Origin: Armatimonadota bacterium
GTDB taxonomy: Bacteria > Armatimonadota > HRBIN16
Reading direction: 5' to 3'
Length of the DNA stretch: 64,000 bases
NCBI GenBank assembly: GCA_963677485.1
Contig: OY781964.1
Coordinates: forward strand, 1,184,001-1,248,000
The notes under the pieces were generated by a model, which saw only the letters and a list, made by a program, of their open reading frames with translations, did not search any database and was not told where the DNA came from. Both the position numbers and the translations under genes were made by a program. Shown here one piece after another: positions 8,267 through 18,330 of this stretch. Each line of letters starts with the position of its first letter. Position 1 is the stretch's first letter.

Positions 8267-10177
8267 CTACTCGGCCTGAAGGCGCTCGAGCTCTTCGGAG
8301 ACGGCGGACCACTGCTCGGTCAACTGCTCAAGCTTGGTCTGCAAGAGGTCATACTCGTCGCCCAGCCGCTTGGCACTGCCGTCCAGATAAGGGTCGGTGC
8401 TGGCCAGTGACGCGGAGATCGCCTCCAGACGGGCCTCCACGGCGGCGATGGCCTCCTCCAGCTCCTTCTGACGGTTGTTCAACCGCTTCAGATTCTGCTT
8501 GATCTGCTTAGCTGTGTTACTCGGTCGTTTGTCGGATATGACGGTATGCAGAGGCACATCCGCCTGCTTCATAGCCAATCGAGCCATCACCTTCTGCCGG
8601 TAGTCGGTGTAAGTGCCCAGATAGCTATGGGTGTGGCCATCACGGAACTCAAGCACCCTGTCCACCACCGCGTCCAGCAAATAGCGGTCATGGCTGGCGA
8701 TCATCACGGCACCATCAAACTTGCGGATGGCGTTCTCCAGTGCCTCACGGCTCAGGATGTCCAGGTGGTTGGTCGGCTCATCCAGCAGCAGCAGGTTCGG
8801 TCGCTGGGCTAACAGCTTGGCCAATGCCAGCCGACAGAGCTCACCACCCGACAGCGAGCTGACCCGCTTGAAAACATCATCGCCCATGAACAGGAACCGT
8901 GCCAGCAGGTCTCGCGACTCATTCGCGGTCAGGTTGGCGTCCATCAGCAGTTCCTCGATCACCTCAAGGTTGGGGTCGAGGTGTTCAAACTGCTGCGCGA
9001 AGTAGACCGCATTCACGCGCATCCCCATCTCCACTTCACCCGAATCGGCCTCTATCAAACCGGCGACCACCTTCAGGAAGGTGCTCTTGCCAGAACCGTT
9101 AGGACCGACCAGCGCCACTTTCTGGCCCCGCTCAAGGATGAAGTCCATATCTTGAAACAGCTCTTTTTCGCCAAACCCCTTGCTCAGCTCAGCCACGCGG
9201 ATCACTTCACGTCCGCTTCGCATCGTCTCACCCAAATCAGCATGCATCTGCTTGGAGGAGCTGGTTTTGGCCACTTTCTTGATCCGCTCAAGCTCCTTCA
9301 GCTTCGAGTCGCGACGACTGAACTTTCGATGGCTAAACAGCTTCTGCACGCTGGCCTCGATGCGTGCGATCTCCCGCTGTTGCAGCGAGTAAAGCTTCGC
9401 CTGCTCTTCGCGTCGTTTGGCTTTGAGCACTGCGAACAACGTGTAGTTGCCGCTGTAGCTGACCGCCTCCCCGGCATCGAGCTCAATCACGCGGCTGACC
9501 ACCGCATCCATAAAGTAACGGTCGTGGCTGACGATCAGTGCCGCCCCGCTGTACCGCTCCAGCAGAAAAGATTGAAGCCATTCGCAGCCCTCGATATCCA
9601 GGTGGTTAGTCGGTTCGTCCAGCAGCAGCAGGTCAGGCGACTGCAGCAGCAGCCGGGCCAAACTGGCGCGGGTCTTCTGCCCGCCGCTCAGCGATTCGGT
9701 CTCCTGCTGCAGCTCCGCTTCTGAGAAACCCAGGGCGTCCAGATACTGTGCAGCTTGCGCCTTCAGGCTATATCCCTCAATTGCCTCGAACTGGTGGCTA
9801 AGGTCGGCGTAGCGTGACCCCAGCTCAATCGCTTCAGCGGTGGTGGCGTGGCCAAGGAGGTCTTCCACATCCTGCAGCTCGACGGCCAGCTCCGTCAGTC
9901 CTGGTCGAATGCCCAGCACAGCCTGATGCAGAGTGGCACCCTCGGGCAGATCGCAAATCTGCGGCAGGTAGCCGATTGTCAGCCCGTTTTGAATGCCCAC
10001 ATTGCCAGAATCGGCTTTTTCAAACCCCATGATGATTTTGAGCAGCGTGCTTTTGCCGGTGCCATTACCGCCGATGATGGCCACCCGTTCCCGCCCATTC
10101 ACCAGAAGGTTTAGGTCGTTGAACAGCACTTGTGGGCCGAAGGCTTTTGCGAGGTGGTTTACAGTTAAAATTGCCAT
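8267..10177 (-). CDS. ABC-F family ATP-binding protein (ribosome-associated)
   Basis: Two NBDs (GGNGTGKST/LSGGQ/LLDEPTNHLD and GPNGSGKST/LSGGE/LLDEPTNHLD), helical linker, C-terminal coiled coil, no TM segments. Confidence 0.95.
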   Translation of the reverse strand: MAILTVNHLAKAFGPQVLFNDLNLLVNGRERVAIIGGNGTGKSTLLKIIMGFEKADSGNVGIQNGLTIGYLPQICDLPEGATLHQAVLGIRPGLTELAVELQDVEDLLGHATTAEAIELGSRYADLSHQFEAIEGYSLKAQAAQYLDALGFSEAELQQETESLSGGQKTRASLARLLLQSPDLLLLDEPTNHLDIEGCEWLQSFLLERYSGAALIVSHDRYFMDAVVSRVIELDAGEAVSYSGNYTLFAVLKAKRREEQAKLYSLQQREIARIEASVQKLFSHRKFSRRDSKLKELERIKKVAKTSSSKQMHADLGETMRSGREVIRVAELSKGFGEKELFQDMDFILERGQKVALVGPNGSGKSTFLKVVAGLIEADSGEVEMGMRVNAVYFAQQFEHLDPNLEVIEELLMDANLTANESRDLLARFLFMGDDVFKRVSSLSGGELCRLALAKLLAQRPNLLLLDEPTNHLDILSREALENAIRKFDGAVMIASHDRYLLDAVVDRVLEFRDGHTHSYLGTYTDYRQKVMARLAMKQADVPLHTVISDKRPSNTAKQIKQNLKRLNNRQKELEEAIAAVEARLEAISASLASTDPYLDGSAKRLGDEYDLLQTKLEQLTEQWSAVSEELERLQAE

Positions 10178-10666
10178 AGCATTATCATTATAACGGGCTG
10201 CGCGTTTTCGTGCCTTTTCTTGCTGCTGCGGCTTGATATGTTCGTCGATGAATCAACGCAACAGAGATGACATAAGCAAACATCCGGACACCTTGATATG
10301 GTGGGTGGCCTTACTTTTAAATGAAGATATTCTGTAAAATATATATGTATATAAAACATTTGTATATACATATAGTGCAGATATATAAGTATATCATTGA
10401 CATATTTATGAATATAGTAACGATTATACTATACGCAATCTGTTATACATACATATCGAAATATCCCATCATGATTGACTGCAGAATGAGGGCATGATAT
10501 CTAGTCTCAAGCGCAGAGGACGTACGTAGAACAGGAGTGCAGACTTAGTAATCAACGAAATACTATGCACGGATGAGAATACCGACACACTGGTCATCAC
10601 CTGGAAATGGTGCCCATATCCACACGAATGATGCAGGTTTTTCATAACCAGCTTAGAAAGGAGTCG

Positions 10667-11605
10667 ATGCAGACAATGTATATCCAAATACGAGATATCG
10701 AAGGGACGGCCATCATCGCCGGAGACTACCCTGATATCAAATCTGTTGTTCAAAACCGAAGAGAGATACTTGGACCAGGCAATGCTAAAGGAAACGACCT
10801 GTCAAAAGCCGACCTGAGCGGGGCCAAGCTGGCATATACCAATCTGGAAGCGGTCCAGTTGTGGGGCTCCAACCTTCAGAATGCTGACCTATCGGCTGCC
10901 AATCTGGAAGGGGCAAAACTGGTGAAGGCTAACCTCTCCGGCGCAAACCTATCCAACGCCAACCTGCGCGGTGCGACCCTTAGCAATGCCATATTGGTCG
11001 GTGCCTGCCTTCAAGGGGCAGATATGAGTAATGCGAATCTGGTGGGCTCTGATCTGAGTAACGCCAGGCTAGCTGGTGCGAACCTCAGCGGGGCCTGGTT
11101 GAACTACACCATTCTGGCCAACACAGATATGCAGGACGTCAATCTAAACGGTGCTAAGATGAACGACGCCGTGTTAACGGGAGCCAATTTAAGCCGAGCG
11201 GAGCTCACAAATGCCATCCTGTCTTCAGCCGATCTGAATGGCGCGAACCTGAAAGATGCAAGGATGAACCACGCAAAAATGCTGAAGGCAGAACTGTGTG
11301 ACACCAACCTTGAGGGGGCCGACCTGTGCGATGTTATACTGCGTAACGCCCGCATGAGGGGCGCCAATCTACAGGGTGCCCGTATGTGTCGCGGTCTATT
11401 AATGTGCGTAGATCTGCATAGTGCTAACTTCTCGGGATCTGACTTGACCGAGGCCGATTTTACCAACGCGAAGTTAACAGCAGCCAATTTCCAAGGTGCC
11501 AATCTATACGGAGCGAAGCTGAATAAGGCGCACCTGCACAATGCCAATTTGATGTATGCCAATCTGTTACACACCGACTTCACCGATGTGAACTGGGTCA
11601 TATAA
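10667..11605 (+). CDS. Pentapeptide repeat protein
   Basis: About 50 consecutive A(D/N)LxG/S-type pentapeptides. ATG follows an AAAGGAG RBS. Confidence 0.93.
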   Translation: MQTMYIQIRDIEGTAIIAGDYPDIKSVVQNRREILGPGNAKGNDLSKADLSGAKLAYTNLEAVQLWGSNLQNADLSAANLEGAKLVKANLSGANLSNANLRGATLSNAILVGACLQGADMSNANLVGSDLSNARLAGANLSGAWLNYTILANTDMQDVNLNGAKMNDAVLTGANLSRAELTNAILSSADLNGANLKDARMNHAKMLKAELCDTNLEGADLCDVILRNARMRGANLQGARMCRGLLMCVDLHSANFSGSDLTEADFTNAKLTAANFQGANLYGAKLNKAHLHNANLMYANLLHTDFTDVNWVI

Positions 11606-11617
11606 CATGCCCGGTAA

Positions 11618-11647
11618 CCAGCGCGGTTTCCTTTCCGCGCTGGCTTT
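11618..11647 (+). terminator. Probable intrinsic terminator
   Basis: ccagcgcgg-tttccttt-ccgcgctgg followed by cttt, just after the stop codon. Confidence 0.55.
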
Positions 11648-11734
11648 CGGGTGTATACCGACAAACCCACACTTGAAGGTGTGATCTGCTATACTCTTCG
11701 CGCCGTCAACTGCGGTGTCGGGTGAGATCTCCCC

Positions 11735-11871
11735 CATTCGCGTTCATTCGCGTTCATCCGTGGTTAAAAGAAGACCGGTAGGATGAGTAGGTCGAGTAGG
11801 ACAGGTGCCATACCCGCGCGCTATCGCGTGAGACCTTCCCCATTCGCGTTCATTCGCGTTCATCCATGGTT
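11735..11871. repeat. Micro-repeat mosaic (two ATTCGCGTTC blocks around a GTAGGAxGA block)
   Basis: cattcgcgttcattcgcgttcatccRtggttaaaagaa at about 11735 and 11841; gtaggatgagtaggtcgagtagga at 11778. Confidence 0.8.
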
Positions 11872-12041
11872 AAAAGAATACCGGGTGAGAATGCGGCTCA
11901 GTTACAATACCCTTCACGCGAGATACACCCAATCTACTAAAATTACCGCTACCTAAAAGAAGGAACACCATAACCAACTGACGAAACTACAAATAGTCAT
12001 CACGACAGACAATACTCTTGAAATAACAAAGGATCGAAACA

Positions 12042-13364
12042 ATGCCCAAAAAAATCGCCTTTATCGGAGCGGGCAGCTTCGGATTCACACGCGGACTTGT
12101 CCGTGACCTGCTCACCTTCCCGGCTTTCGCGGACGCCACCATCATGCTGATGGACATCGACCCTGAGCGGTTGGCATTCATCACACAAGCTGTGAACAAT
12201 ATCGTCGAAGCGGGGAAATACCCAGCCACCGTCATCGCCACCAACAGCCGCAAAGAGGCTCTTGAGGGAGCAGACGGCGTGCTCTGCACCATCCTGCAGG
12301 GCGGCGTAGATATCTTCCGCAGCGACATCGAAATCCCCATGAAGTATGGCGTCGACATCAATGTCGGCGATACCCGCGGTCCGGCCGGTATCTTCCGCGC
12401 CCTCCGCACCATCCCTGTGATGCTGAGCATCGCCGCCGACATCGAGAAATACTGCCCGAACGCGGTGTTCCTCAACTACACCAACCCCATGGCTATGCTC
12501 TGCCGCGCCATGCAGGGCCAGTTCCCCAAACTCACCATCAGCGGCCTGTGCCACAGTGTTCAGGGAACCGCCCACCAACTGGCAAACTGGATCGGCGCCC
12601 CGATGGATGAAATCACCTACACCAGCGCTGGTATCAACCACCAGTCATGGTATATCGACTTCCTGTGGAACGGGAAGGACGCCAACCCGCTGATCAAAGA
12701 GGCCATCCTCAGCAAGCCTGAGATATACAACGAAGAACTGGTGCGCAACGAGCTGTTCCTGCACATGGGCTACTATATCACCGAGTCCAGCGGCCATAAC
12801 AGCGAATACTGCGCCTGGTTCCGCAAGCGCAAAGACCTGATCGAAAAATACTGCACCCATGGCACAGGCTGGAACCCCGGTATCCACGCCTACATTTTGG
12901 ATGAGTATCTGAAAATCAAGGACAACTGGCGAGACGGCATCAAAGACCAGCTTGCTCAGCCCATCGACCTTAACCGAGGGGCCGAATACGCCACCAACAT
13001 CTTCAACGCCATCTTTGGCGACGGGACGATGTATAAGTTCAACGGCAACGTGCCCAACAAGAACCTCATCGACAACCTGCCTTACGATTGCTGCGTCGAA
13101 GTTCCTGTGCTGGCCAGCCGCCGTGGCTTGGAGCCGATCGCGGTCGGTGCTCTGCCTCCGCAGTGTGCCCTTCTCACCGGCACCAGTGCGCAGATCGAAG
13201 ACCTGGCAGTTGCCGGCTGTCTAGAGGGTGACCGACAGAAGATTCGCCAGGCGAACTACTTCGATCCACTATCAGCCGCCGTGCTCAGCCTGGAAGAGAT
13301 CGACAACATGGTTGACGAGATGTTCGAGGCCAACCGCGGATACCTGCCGACCTTCGGTATGTAG
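12042..13364 (+). CDS. melA: Alpha-galactosidase, glycoside hydrolase family 4 (NAD+-dependent)
   Basis: [54 protein letters not shown] motifs. Confidence 0.93.
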   Translation: MPKKIAFIGAGSFGFTRGLVRDLLTFPAFADATIMLMDIDPERLAFITQAVNNIVEAGKYPATVIATNSRKEALEGADGVLCTILQGGVDIFRSDIEIPMKYGVDINVGDTRGPAGIFRALRTIPVMLSIAADIEKYCPNAVFLNYTNPMAMLCRAMQGQFPKLTISGLCHSVQGTAHQLANWIGAPMDEITYTSAGINHQSWYIDFLWNGKDANPLIKEAILSKPEIYNEELVRNELFLHMGYYITESSGHNSEYCAWFRKRKDLIEKYCTHGTGWNPGIHAYILDEYLKIKDNWRDGIKDQLAQPIDLNRGAEYATNIFNAIFGDGTMYKFNGNVPNKNLIDNLPYDCCVEVPVLASRRGLEPIAVGALPPQCALLTGTSAQIEDLAVAGCLEGDRQKIRQANYFDPLSAAVLSLEEIDNMVDEMFEANRGYLPTFGM

Positions 13365-13379
13365 TTTCCAGAAATCAAC

Positions 13380-13417
13380 AAGAGCTCGCTCCCAAAAGGG
13401 GCGAGCTTTTTGCTTTT
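13380..13417 (+). terminator. Intrinsic terminator after melA
   Basis: agagctcgctcc-caaaa-ggggcgagcttt followed by a T-rich tail. Confidence 0.75.
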
Positions 13418-13443
13418 CGCCCGACGAATTCTCCGTAAAGGTG

Positions 13444-15408
13444 ATGTATGATATGGAGTTCTATCTGCTGATCTGCCAACGCTTCGCGGAGTTGAAACTG
13501 CGATCAGGCATCCCGGCCCAATCAACGGTGACAGGCTGGATGAAGCTGCTGGACTCGAACGGTCGTTTCAGCGACATCAATTACGCAGACCGCGGTGTGG
13601 CTACCTGGCAGCCTGGTGTTCATGTTTCTCGTATGGCCGATATGGCACGGGCCTACTCATACCCCTCCGGTGCGATGTACCACTCGGCACCCCTTCTAGA
13701 GGCCATACAGAATGCGTTGGAGTTCTGGGTCAAACATAGATACCAATGCCCCAACTGGTGGTATAACCGCATCGGCATACCATTGAATATGCAGATCGTG
13801 GCTGTCTTCCTACAGCCCATGCTAACGAAACAGCAGCTTGAAGGTGCTTTACAGATACTGGACCAGGCCGGGCCGGTTGAGCTCACAGCCGCAAACCTGC
13901 TTTGGGTCGCGGACATTGTGATCCACCGCGCAGCATTGCGCGGCCATACCGATGAGCTGATTTCAACACTGCATCGTGTGTGGCAAGAGGTGACCGTGGG
14001 TGGCGGCGAAGGCATTCAGACCGACGGCAGCTATTATCAGCACGGACACAGACTGCAGAGCCATCAATACGGTGAAGCGTTTATCACCACCATGACCGAG
14101 TTAGCCTGGCAGGTTCGGGATACCCCGTATGCGATTCCGACGGCGAAGCGGGACATCATCACGAGCTGCATTGTCAACGGCCTAGGCTGGATGTCGCGAG
14201 GGGATTACATCACACCGGCAACCATCGACCGTTCGGTCGTCCGCACCCGGGCCATGCGGGTGAGCCAGTCAAGCATGCTGGAGCTTTGGATGCAGGTGGT
14301 ACCGTCTAACCTGCGCAGCGCGCTGGATCGCACGCAAGGTATCATCCAGGATACGCAGACCACACCGTCCGGCTGCCGTTACTTTCCATATGGTGACCTC
14401 GCAGTGATACGTAACAGCAAATGGAGCTTCTTCCTGAAGACCATCAGCAAGCAGACGGAGTTGACTGAATCGATCAACGGCGAAAACCTGAAGGGTGTGC
14501 CCTATCTGAACTGCGGAAATCACTGGTTGCTAAAGAATGGTCAGGAGTATCTTGACACCGTCCCCCTTTGGGACTGGAGCCAGTTGCCAGGATTATCCGG
14601 CACCGCCAGGGATACAACTCCCGTGAAACCAGGCCGTGTCGCCGGACTATCGGACGGCAATCAGGGGATGGTCAGTATGCCGTTCATACGAAAGCAGGGC
14701 GATGCGAAATGGACATTGCTCAAGAGCTGGTTCCTCACGCAGCAAGGAGTGATCTGCCTCATCACCCCCGACGATACGGACCAACCCTCTGCTCGGTTAA
14801 GCACCAGCCTGGAGCAATGCCGCATCCAAAGCGATGTGTTTGTCAGCGCGGATGGGCAGGTGCGTAAGCTGCGAATCGGCCAACATATTGAGGACTGCGA
14901 CTGGGTTTGGCATCACGGCGTCTTGTATGCCAGCTATCAGGCGGGTCAACTATGTGTCAGCTTGGATCACAGGAAGGGAAACTGGCACGATATCAGCACA
15001 GAGGGTTCTGGTGACTGTGAAGCCGATATGCTGGGGGTATGGCTCAGGCATACCGGCGATGAGTCGTGTGCCACAGCAATCTGGCCGGACCAGCCAACAC
15101 CCAAGGACGCTGGCAAAGCAGGCATTCCTACCGTGGAGGTGCTGTCGAACAACAGTCACATGCAAGCCGTGCAGCTTTCATCGTCCACCACGATGGCGGT
15201 TTTCTACGACGCGGCTCAGCTCAAACTTCCGAAAGGTTCCACCGCGGTGGATAAGGCCTGCATGGTGCTTCGTATGGAGAGCAAGCTGTGTGTGGCCGGC
15301 TGGAGTGACCAAACGGGGGGCAAGCTCGGTATAAAGGTGGACGGTCAGAAACACACATCGACCCTGCCTGGTTATTTAAAATCCAAACCTGCCGTAGTAA
15401 AGCTGTAG
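13444..15408 (+). CDS. Polysaccharide lyase family 8 (chondroitin/hyaluronate/xanthan lyase-like)
   Basis: NWWYNRIGIP, TAANLLW, EGIQTDGSYYQHG...QYG, ESINGENLKG, WDWSQLPG motifs. Start codon uncertain. Confidence 0.88.
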   Translation: MYDMEFYLLICQRFAELKLRSGIPAQSTVTGWMKLLDSNGRFSDINYADRGVATWQPGVHVSRMADMARAYSYPSGAMYHSAPLLEAIQNALEFWVKHRYQCPNWWYNRIGIPLNMQIVAVFLQPMLTKQQLEGALQILDQAGPVELTAANLLWVADIVIHRAALRGHTDELISTLHRVWQEVTVGGGEGIQTDGSYYQHGHRLQSHQYGEAFITTMTELAWQVRDTPYAIPTAKRDIITSCIVNGLGWMSRGDYITPATIDRSVVRTRAMRVSQSSMLELWMQVVPSNLRSALDRTQGIIQDTQTTPSGCRYFPYGDLAVIRNSKWSFFLKTISKQTELTESINGENLKGVPYLNCGNHWLLKNGQEYLDTVPLWDWSQLPGLSGTARDTTPVKPGRVAGLSDGNQGMVSMPFIRKQGDAKWTLLKSWFLTQQGVICLITPDDTDQPSARLSTSLEQCRIQSDVFVSADGQVRKLRIGQHIEDCDWVWHHGVLYASYQAGQLCVSLDHRKGNWHDISTEGSGDCEADMLGVWLRHTGDESCATAIWPDQPTPKDAGKAGIPTVEVLSNNSHMQAVQLSSSTTMAVFYDAAQLKLPKGSTAVDKACMVLRMESKLCVAGWSDQTGGKLGIKVDGQKHTSTLPGYLKSKPAVVKL

Positions 15409-15571
15409 AGTCACCACCCAACCAAGTGCGATCCGGTCCTAATCTGCGTGATTTGCGTCATCTGTGGACTGATTCATCCGTGTCTGTTCGTGTCCATTCG
15501 TGGTTACACAAAATGACGTACATGTGTGGTCAAGCGCCTACCTAATAGCTCTCCACAGGTGTCCCATGCAT

Positions 15572-15601
15572 CATAACAGCCCGCCGAAGCGGGCTGTTAT
15601 G
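15572..15601. terminator. Perfect hairpin between convergent genes
   Basis: cataacagcccgc-cgaa-gcgggctgttatg. Confidence 0.6.
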
Positions 15602-15630
15602 ATTCTCACGGGCGAAAGACGGGCGAAAGA

Positions 15631-16866
15631 CTAGCTGATGAGCCCCTCGATGCGGGCATCCAGTGCACCCTGATCCGTGGCGAAGCTCTCCAAAGCGGCG
15701 TTCGTCAGCAGATCATCCAGTGCCACCTCATCGGACCAATGAGCTAGCACTGGGATTTTGCCATCTTTGCTGATGGTCTTCCGCTGTTCCGGGGTGAACG
15801 GGGTGAACATGTCGATGTCATACTGCTCAGCCAATGCGACAAGCTGTTCGCCTGAGATGATTGCATCACCGAGTTCGACGGCTTTGTCAGCAAACTCCAT
15901 GAACTTGGGGCAGAGCTGCCACAGGTAGCTCACACGCAGGTCCTCTACCTTAACCAGCAGCTCAGTCGATTCGTGCCGAGTGACTTCGCTGCATGGGGTA
16001 GGCGCCTCAAGGAACTGCTTCGCGGCCGATGGCGGGATGGTATGCACATCCACACCTGCCAGCAGAGCCACTTGGTCACCATTCCGCATAGAGGCGGCGA
16101 TCAACTTCGTGGGTGTCTTACCTGCTGCGCGCAGCCGTCTCAACGCTTCGACTGTGGCCAGGGTGACTTTTTCGCCCACATTGGCCGCTTCACCAATTTT
16201 GTTGTCAGCCACCAGCACGCCAATGCGTCCAAGGAAGACATTGACATAGGCCGGCTTGCTAAACAGGGCCGCCAACACGTTCTGGCGCACACTAAAGCCC
16301 AAGGTGTAGTTGATGGGCACACCAGCGGCAGCCAGTTTACGGGCGACGATGTATCCAGCCGGTGTGATGGGAACCTTGATGATGAAGAATTCGGGGTTTA
16401 TGGCAAAGTAGCGCAGACCGAAGTTCACGGAGGCTTCAATGTCGTTGGCATAGGCCGGATGCAGCTCCACACTGACCTTCACGCCGAACTTTTGCACCAG
16501 GCTTAAGGCCAGCTTCGCATTGGCAAGGAAGCCAATTTCCACCAGTAAGTCGCGGCCGGAGATTTCCGGGCGGGCGGCTTTCAGCTTGGATGCTGCTGAT
16601 TTGATGAACTCATCTAGTGCGCCGGTCTGGATCACCTGGTTCACCAGTGTGTTGTTGGTGGTCAGAGCACCTAGTTCGGGAGCCCATGCTTTCACTGCGG
16701 CTGAGGCATCGCCTGTATCAATCCAGGGGGTAGTGCCAAGCTCACGTAGACGGGCGTATTTAGGCTGCGAAGGGGCATCGTAGGATCCCGCTCCTGTGTA
16801 ACCGTCCAAGGCCAGCCCTTGAACTAGCTTCGCCAGTGTTTCATCAAAATGGATATCTTTACTCAT
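15631..16866 (-). CDS. tal: Transaldolase family protein
   Basis: WIDTG, TTNNTL, VSVELH, Schiff-base Lys in FIIKVP, INYTLGFS, NVFLGR, AASMR motifs. GGAGG RBS upstream. Confidence 0.88.
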   Translation of the reverse strand: MSKDIHFDETLAKLVQGLALDGYTGAGSYDAPSQPKYARLRELGTTPWIDTGDASAAVKAWAPELGALTTNNTLVNQVIQTGALDEFIKSAASKLKAARPEISGRDLLVEIGFLANAKLALSLVQKFGVKVSVELHPAYANDIEASVNFGLRYFAINPEFFIIKVPITPAGYIVARKLAAAGVPINYTLGFSVRQNVLAALFSKPAYVNVFLGRIGVLVADNKIGEAANVGEKVTLATVEALRRLRAAGKTPTKLIAASMRNGDQVALLAGVDVHTIPPSAAKQFLEAPTPCSEVTRHESTELLVKVEDLRVSYLWQLCPKFMEFADKAVELGDAIISGEQLVALAEQYDIDMFTPFTPEQRKTISKDGKIPVLAHWSDEVALDDLLTNAALESFATDQGALDARIEGLIS

Positions 16867-17011
16867 TGTGTGTCCTCCGGTAGATATCACACCGGTAGCT
16901 TTACAGTCAGGAACCGGTGCGAGTGTTGCATGTAGCACCAATTGGGGTACATGTGACAACGCACGCGGAGTAAATTTTCACTTACCCCGCGTGCCGAAAT
17001 ATGATCAACCC

Positions 17012-18187
17012 CTAATAGTTAGAGGGTTTTGGCCTTTCACATCGGTAACAGATGCTGCGGCGTGCGAAGTTGGATTCCCCACAGCCAGAGCAAGTCCAGT
17101 CACCAGGATTCTCATTCCCCGAATCGCTGGAACGCCGGGAGTAACCTCCCTGACCACCGCCAGCCGAGGCCGGCTTACGCGCACCACATCGGAAACAGCT
17201 CGTGCGACGGGCGAAGTTGGATGCGTTGCAGTCTGGACAGTTCCAGTCGCCGTCTCGCTGCTCCATCCGGCCGCCGCCAGATGGTGCATCACCACCACCC
17301 GGTTTTGGTGTGTTGCACTCCATACATACGGATCGCCGGGCGAAGTTCAATTTGTTACAACTCGGGCAAAGCCAGTCGCCCGGTTTCATCTGCGGTTCAG
17401 GCATTATACTCTCCACGGTAGATTTCATAGTTTCGTTCGTTCTCGGGCGTTTGCAGTTGAAGCAAGCCGTCCGATGGGCATAGTTGGTTGTGTTGCACTG
17501 CGGACACAGCCAGTCGCCTGGTTCCATCTTCACCCAAACGGCGTTGCACGCGCGGCATTCGGTGGCACTGAGTACCACTTCGGCGCCGCAACGTGGGCAT
17601 CGGCCGTTGGAGTTAGCAGATATCGGTGCCTGCATCTTCAACATATGCAGCACAATCTGAGCCAGCGAGCGTGCGTCATCTATCCCGCAGTCAGGGGTTC
17701 CGCTGTGCTCCAGACCACAATGCTCCAGCATATGGCTAAGGTCCAGGCGGTCGCTGTTGATCTGGCGGTAGAAGTCCTTAAACGCCACCTTCATGTTGCA
17801 CCAGCGAGCGGCCCAGTCCGGCATCGGCTGCTGCATGGTCAGGCATTGCTGCCTGAGCAGGATGTCGATGTCGAAGTCACCGCAAATGACGGCTAGACCC
17901 TCTTCATACCCCTTCTCAATCAGCCATTTTTGCACATTCACCAAAATATCCGAAAAAGAGGGAGCTGAAGCTACATCCTTCTGGGTGATGCCGGTAAGCT
18001 CAGCGCAATAAGCAGTAAGCTGAGGGTGGATCGATGGTTTGACAAAACTCCGGAATTCATCAATCACAGTATCGGATTCGGTATCAACCACAACAATAGG
18101 GAACTCGATCAACTCTGGCGGGTGAAGCGGCTGCGGGTCATCACAAGTCGTTTCAAAGTCCATTACCAATAGATATTTTGGGTACAC
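17012..18187 (-). CDS. ERI1/3'hExo-like DEDD 3'-5' exonuclease fused to a zinc ribbon and four RanBP2-type zinc fingers
   Basis: DFETTC..ELIEFP, FVKP...LTGITQ, CGDFD and GIDDA exonuclease motifs. Four GDWxCxxCxxxN(F/Y)AxRxxCxxC fingers. GTG start with AGGAGG RBS at 18195-18200. Confidence 0.9.
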   Translation of the reverse strand: MYPKYLLVMDFETTCDDPQPLHPPELIEFPIVVVDTESDTVIDEFRSFVKPSIHPQLTAYCAELTGITQKDVASAPSFSDILVNVQKWLIEKGYEEGLAVICGDFDIDILLRQQCLTMQQPMPDWAARWCNMKVAFKDFYRQINSDRLDLSHMLEHCGLEHSGTPDCGIDDARSLAQIVLHMLKMQAPISANSNGRCPRCGAEVVLSATECRACNAVWVKMEPGDWLCPQCNTTNYAHRTACFNCKRPRTNETMKSTVESIMPEPQMKPGDWLCPSCNKLNFARRSVCMECNTPKPGGGDAPSGGGRMEQRDGDWNCPDCNASNFARRTSCFRCGARKPASAGGGQGGYSRRSSDSGNENPGDWTCSGCGESNFARRSICYRCERPKPSNY

Positions 18188-18330
18188 CTGGTATCCTCCT
18201 GGGGCGCATGTCCAGCACCACTATATGCAACCTTCACGGTATACATCATTCGTCATAAATGCAGAGAAATTCGTCCCCTGCCCTATTATTATGGACTAAT
18301 ATTGAACTAAAGGTATAAATTGCACCATTT

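Noticed and set aside
10300-10460. AT-rich DNA-unwinding element / oriC
   Set aside because: No recognisable DnaA-box cluster; better explained as a divergent promoter region.
11650-11735. Possible tRNA or small RNA after the pentapeptide gene
   Set aside because: No cloverleaf, T-loop (TTCRA) or CCA end could be built.
16868-17896. 342-aa plus-strand ORF
   Set aside because: Antisense to the exonuclease/zinc-finger gene, with no recognisable domain.
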